From: Folioceros fuciformis
Lineage: Eukaryota
NCBI GenBank assembly: GCA_049999805.1
Contig: JBNGIO010006314.1
Coordinates: forward strand, 398,246-418,245
Direction of reading: 5' to 3'
DNA length: 20,000 nucleotides
The notes under the pieces are model-generated. The model did not search any database, was not told the origin of the DNA, and was given only the letters and a program-made list of their open reading frames with translations. A program made the translations under genes and the position numbers. Positions 16,950 to 20,000 of the stretch are shown here, in pieces. Each line of letters opens with the position of its first letter. Positions within the stretch are counted from its first letter, which is position 1.

Positions 16950-18960
16950 ATGGCCTCTAACGGTCTCGCTCCCGGAGCTCAGGCCAATGGCAAGCAGGAG
17001 AGTCCCCACAGTGTGGATAGCTGGCAGAAGGTGTCCTTCTCCGCGAAGGCAGCGGACGAGAAGAGTGCTCGCTTAGATGCAGGGGCGGTCTTCGTGTTGG
17101 AGTCTAAAGGTGTGCAAGCTCTTCTTTCGGGCTGAGTTGCCGGACATTGAACTCGAAGTTCCTGCTGTGTGCGTGAAACTGTTGCGTTACCCGATTTGAT
17201 GTCGGATTTCCTGGCCTGCTGCGGCGGGTCGTTCGTCTGGCAGGAGATTGGTGGCATGCGGGCTATCACCTGTGCTCGGCAATTGTAGGGGCGCCTTTGC
17301 TGAGCATACCGCTGGCGATTTCCTTTCTAGGATGGTATGCAGGTGTTTTGGCTTTCTTTTTCTGCGGGTTGGTGTCCATGTACGCGTACAGTATGCTGGC
17401 CACGTTGGTTGATCGGGCAGAAATGGAGGGACATCGGCAGCTTCGGTACCGAGATCTTGCTCGCTACTGTCTAGGTGACGGATTTGGTTTGGCTGGCTTG
17501 AATTCCGGTGTAACTGTTCAACGGTCGTTTTGCATTGCTCCGACTTCACACTCATTGGCAACGTCGATGCTTGCAGGACAAACTTGGGCCTTGTACATAG
17601 TGGCTTTTGTCCAGATGCTGGTGTGCTATGGCAGCGTCGCTTCGTTGATTCTCTATGGCGGAACCTTCACCAAGGTTGGACATGTGTTGAAGAACATGAG
17701 TTGTAGCAACAGACCAGGTGTTCGACCACGGGAGTAACGCATGTTTGTCTGCGGCTTGCAGAATATCTATCTCTTGTACCGACCTAATGGAGGCCTGAAG
17801 CTGTACCAGTTCATTACCATGTTTGGTGGCGTTACACTGTTTTGCGCTCAGATCCCCTCCTTCCATTCTCTGAGACACATCAACCTCTTTGGCTGTATGC
17901 TCACCTTGACCTTCAGCGCAATTGCCGCTGCCGGTTGCATTTACGCAGGTAGTCATCCGGCAGTGCCAGGCTATTTCCGTTGGAAGGCACTTAGGATACC
18001 TAGCTTCTGTGAAAGTGAATTCTGACAGCCCTTCCTGGTGCCCTCAGGGCACTCTTCAAAAGCACCAGCAAAGAACTACAGCATGACCGCAGTGGGTATT
18101 GACAAGACCTTCAGCATTATCAATGCTATATCCATGGTCACAACTTTCTATGGCACTGCAATGGTTCCAGAGATTCAGGTAAGGGACACACCTGAAAGCA
18201 GAGCGTTGCTGAATCATTCAGTTTTCGGGCAAATGATTGGACACTTCCATTCTGCTCTACGCAGGCTACGATTGCTCCACCGGCAGCAGGAAAGATGTTC
18301 AAGGGCCTCCTCATTTGCTATGCTGTTGTTTGGAGTACCTTCTTTTCAGTAGGGGTATCAGGATATTGGGCTTTCGGCAACCAAGTCTCTGCGAACGTTC
18401 TGCAGGATTTGTCCCCATTCCTCCCCAAATGGCTCTTGGTGTTGGCGAATGCCTTAGCTGTCGTTCAGCTGGTAGTCATCACAACGGTAGGGCATTGAAT
18501 ATCAACCGGTCCACACATTTCTCCCGTCAATGGAGACGCCAGGATTAACTTCTATTTCTGATAATTGTGGCCTTTGCAGGTGTACATGCAGCCATGCTTT
18601 GAGTTGCTCGAAGGGAGGTACGCAGATGCCGCCAAGTCCAAGTTCGCCAGGAGAAACGTGCTTCCCCGGCTGTTAGTCCGAACACTTGCTGTTGTGATTG
18701 CAACTCTGTTGGCAGCCATGTTTCCTTTCATAGGAGATGCCCTTGCGATTTTTGGAGCCTTTGGCTTCGTTCCCCTCGACTTCATCTTCCCTTTCATCTT
18801 CCACATTGTAGCCACAAAGCCGTCTCCCAAAACCTACCAGTTCTGGCTGAGCCATCTGCTTGCGGGCCTGTTTACAGTTGTTGCTTTGTTGGGTGGCGTC
18901 AGTTCCACTCGACAGCTCATCCTAGATGCCAAGAACTACAAGCTGTTTGCGAATGTGTAA
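16950..18960 (+). CDS. GAT1: GABA transporter (GAT subfamily of AAAP amino-acid permeases), 469 aa, 7 exons
   Basis: Exons 16950-17109, 17244-17474, 17577-17674, 17762-17948, 18048-18178, 18265-18486 and 18580-18960; all introns are GT..AG (86-134 bp) and the total is 1410 bp in frame. GAT signature motifs: '[22 protein letters not shown]', '[13 protein letters not shown]', '[19 protein letters not shown]', 'SGYWAFGN', '[10 protein letters not shown]', and C-terminal '[11 protein letters not shown]'. The symbol indicates the family; GAT1 versus GAT2 is not resolved. Confidence 0.93.
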
Positions 18961-19490
18961 AATGTGCCACAGCCTGCTGCAAGTACCTGGTAGGAGGGTG
19001 GATGCCTGCCAATAGTTACACTGAGAACAATACATGACCTACGACCACAGAACCAACAAATCCGCAGCCTTAAGGAAATTAATCTTCTCAGAGACCCCAC
19101 AATAACATGCTCAGAGAACCTAACCTGCTCATCGGCAGGCTATTGTACAGTGCGTCGTTCCAAGATGAGAACCTGAGTAGCAGAAAGACCACTACACTAG
19201 CGCTAGCTCACTTAACGCAATGATGCGTTCATCACACTCCTCAGGCGGCATAATTCTGCACCTCCTAGGTGGCCTAGCCACATGGGCACAAGGGGAACAC
19301 CTTCTTCGCATGATCTCTGCTGTGACTGTCGGCGAGTGAAGCTTTCAAGTGCATCGTGACAGGTGAACACGACAGGTAAAATTTAAACCCGTGCCCAATC
19401 AGAAATCGAAAACGGCAACAGAAATCGATGTGACCAATTGCGTAGGTTCAAACTCTTCTCACCCACTTGCGAACACAGATTTGATAACTA

Positions 19491-20000
19491 TTTTTTATGA
19501 TTGAAAAAGAGATGGAAAGTTTCATCTACTCCAAAGATTAGAGGAACAACCTTAGGGCCATTAGAGGAACAACCTTAGGGCCAAGGCAAAAAGAGGTACT
19601 CTCCCTTGCAAATATTATCTTTAAAAATTATCTATTGCTTCCAAATATTATCTTTAAAAATTATCTATTGCTTCCAAAATATCATGATGTGGAATAACAA
19701 AAGCCTACCTACTACCGGTCCCGAAGTAGTCTCACAACCTGCACTTGTAAACCTTATAAACCTGCACCTCTAAAAACTGCATTGGTCAATGCTCGTTGCA
19801 AAGCAACGGATACACGTTGTCGAAAGAAGGCCACCACAGAGGAAAGAGGGAGAACACCATTCCTATTGCTCTGATAAACCTTGGGGCACTCCTTGATAAA
19901 CCTTGAAAAGTCCTTGCCCATAGCTCCATAAGTCTCAAGAGCAACGGGGATAGAAGTATGCTCGTCTTGCAAGGGAGAATACTTATGGACTTTGGCACTT
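19491..20000 (-). mobile_element. 3' end of an RLE-type (CRE/R2-group) non-LTR retrotransposon, truncated by the window edge
   Basis: The minus frame from the edge reads 'SAKVHKYSPLQDEHTSIPVALETYGAMGKDFSRFIKEC...VVAFFRQRVSVALQRA': a K..KY motif, a P.a.ET.G..G motif and a 'R.S.ALQR' helix typical of the C-terminal restriction-like endonuclease domain. The stop is at 19754-19756. The putative 3' UTR ends in '...tttcaatcataaaaaa' at about 19491 (boundary inferred). Confidence 0.75.
19537..19680. repeat. Two tandem duplications (23 bp x2 and ~33 bp x2) in the putative retroelement 3' UTR
   Basis: 'attagaggaacaaccttagggcc' twice at about 19537-19583 and 'caaatattatctttaaaaattatctattgcttc' twice at about 19609-19676. 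Confidence 0.9.

Noticed and set aside
7030..18960. RLK, PPR and GAT as a functional gene cluster
   Set aside because: The three have unrelated functions, and adjacency is explained by high gene density.

Overview
Eukaryotic (land-plant) nuclear sequence with two 100-N scaffold gaps (2322-2421, 16616-16715). Very short GT-AG introns (84-200 bp) and a PLS-class PPR gene with elongated L motifs suggest a compact seed-free plant genome, most plausibly a hornwort; this is inference, and a lycophyte or fern is not excluded. Left to right: a PGG-domain membrane-protein ORF (+, ~506-1111); an AT-rich, repeat-built block (~1040-6780) with a dispersed ~1.3-1.4 kb duplication, ~210 bp direct repeats, many local tandem duplications, telomere-type motifs and a possible decayed Helitron 3' end; a two-exon PXC3/At2g41820-like LRR receptor kinase with a degenerate kinase domain (-, 7030-9884); a three-exon PLS-E+ PPR RNA-editing factor without a DYW domain (-, 10770-13866); a ~2.7 kb unexplained intergenic stretch; a seven-exon GABA transporter GAT-like gene (+, 16950-18960); and the 3' end of an RLE-type (CRE/R2-group) non-LTR retrotransposon running off the right edge. 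I see no clearly new multi-gene system. The best leads are the PPR protein (long L motifs and a readable target code), the RLE retroelement, and the repeat that overlaps the C-terminus of the PGG ORF.
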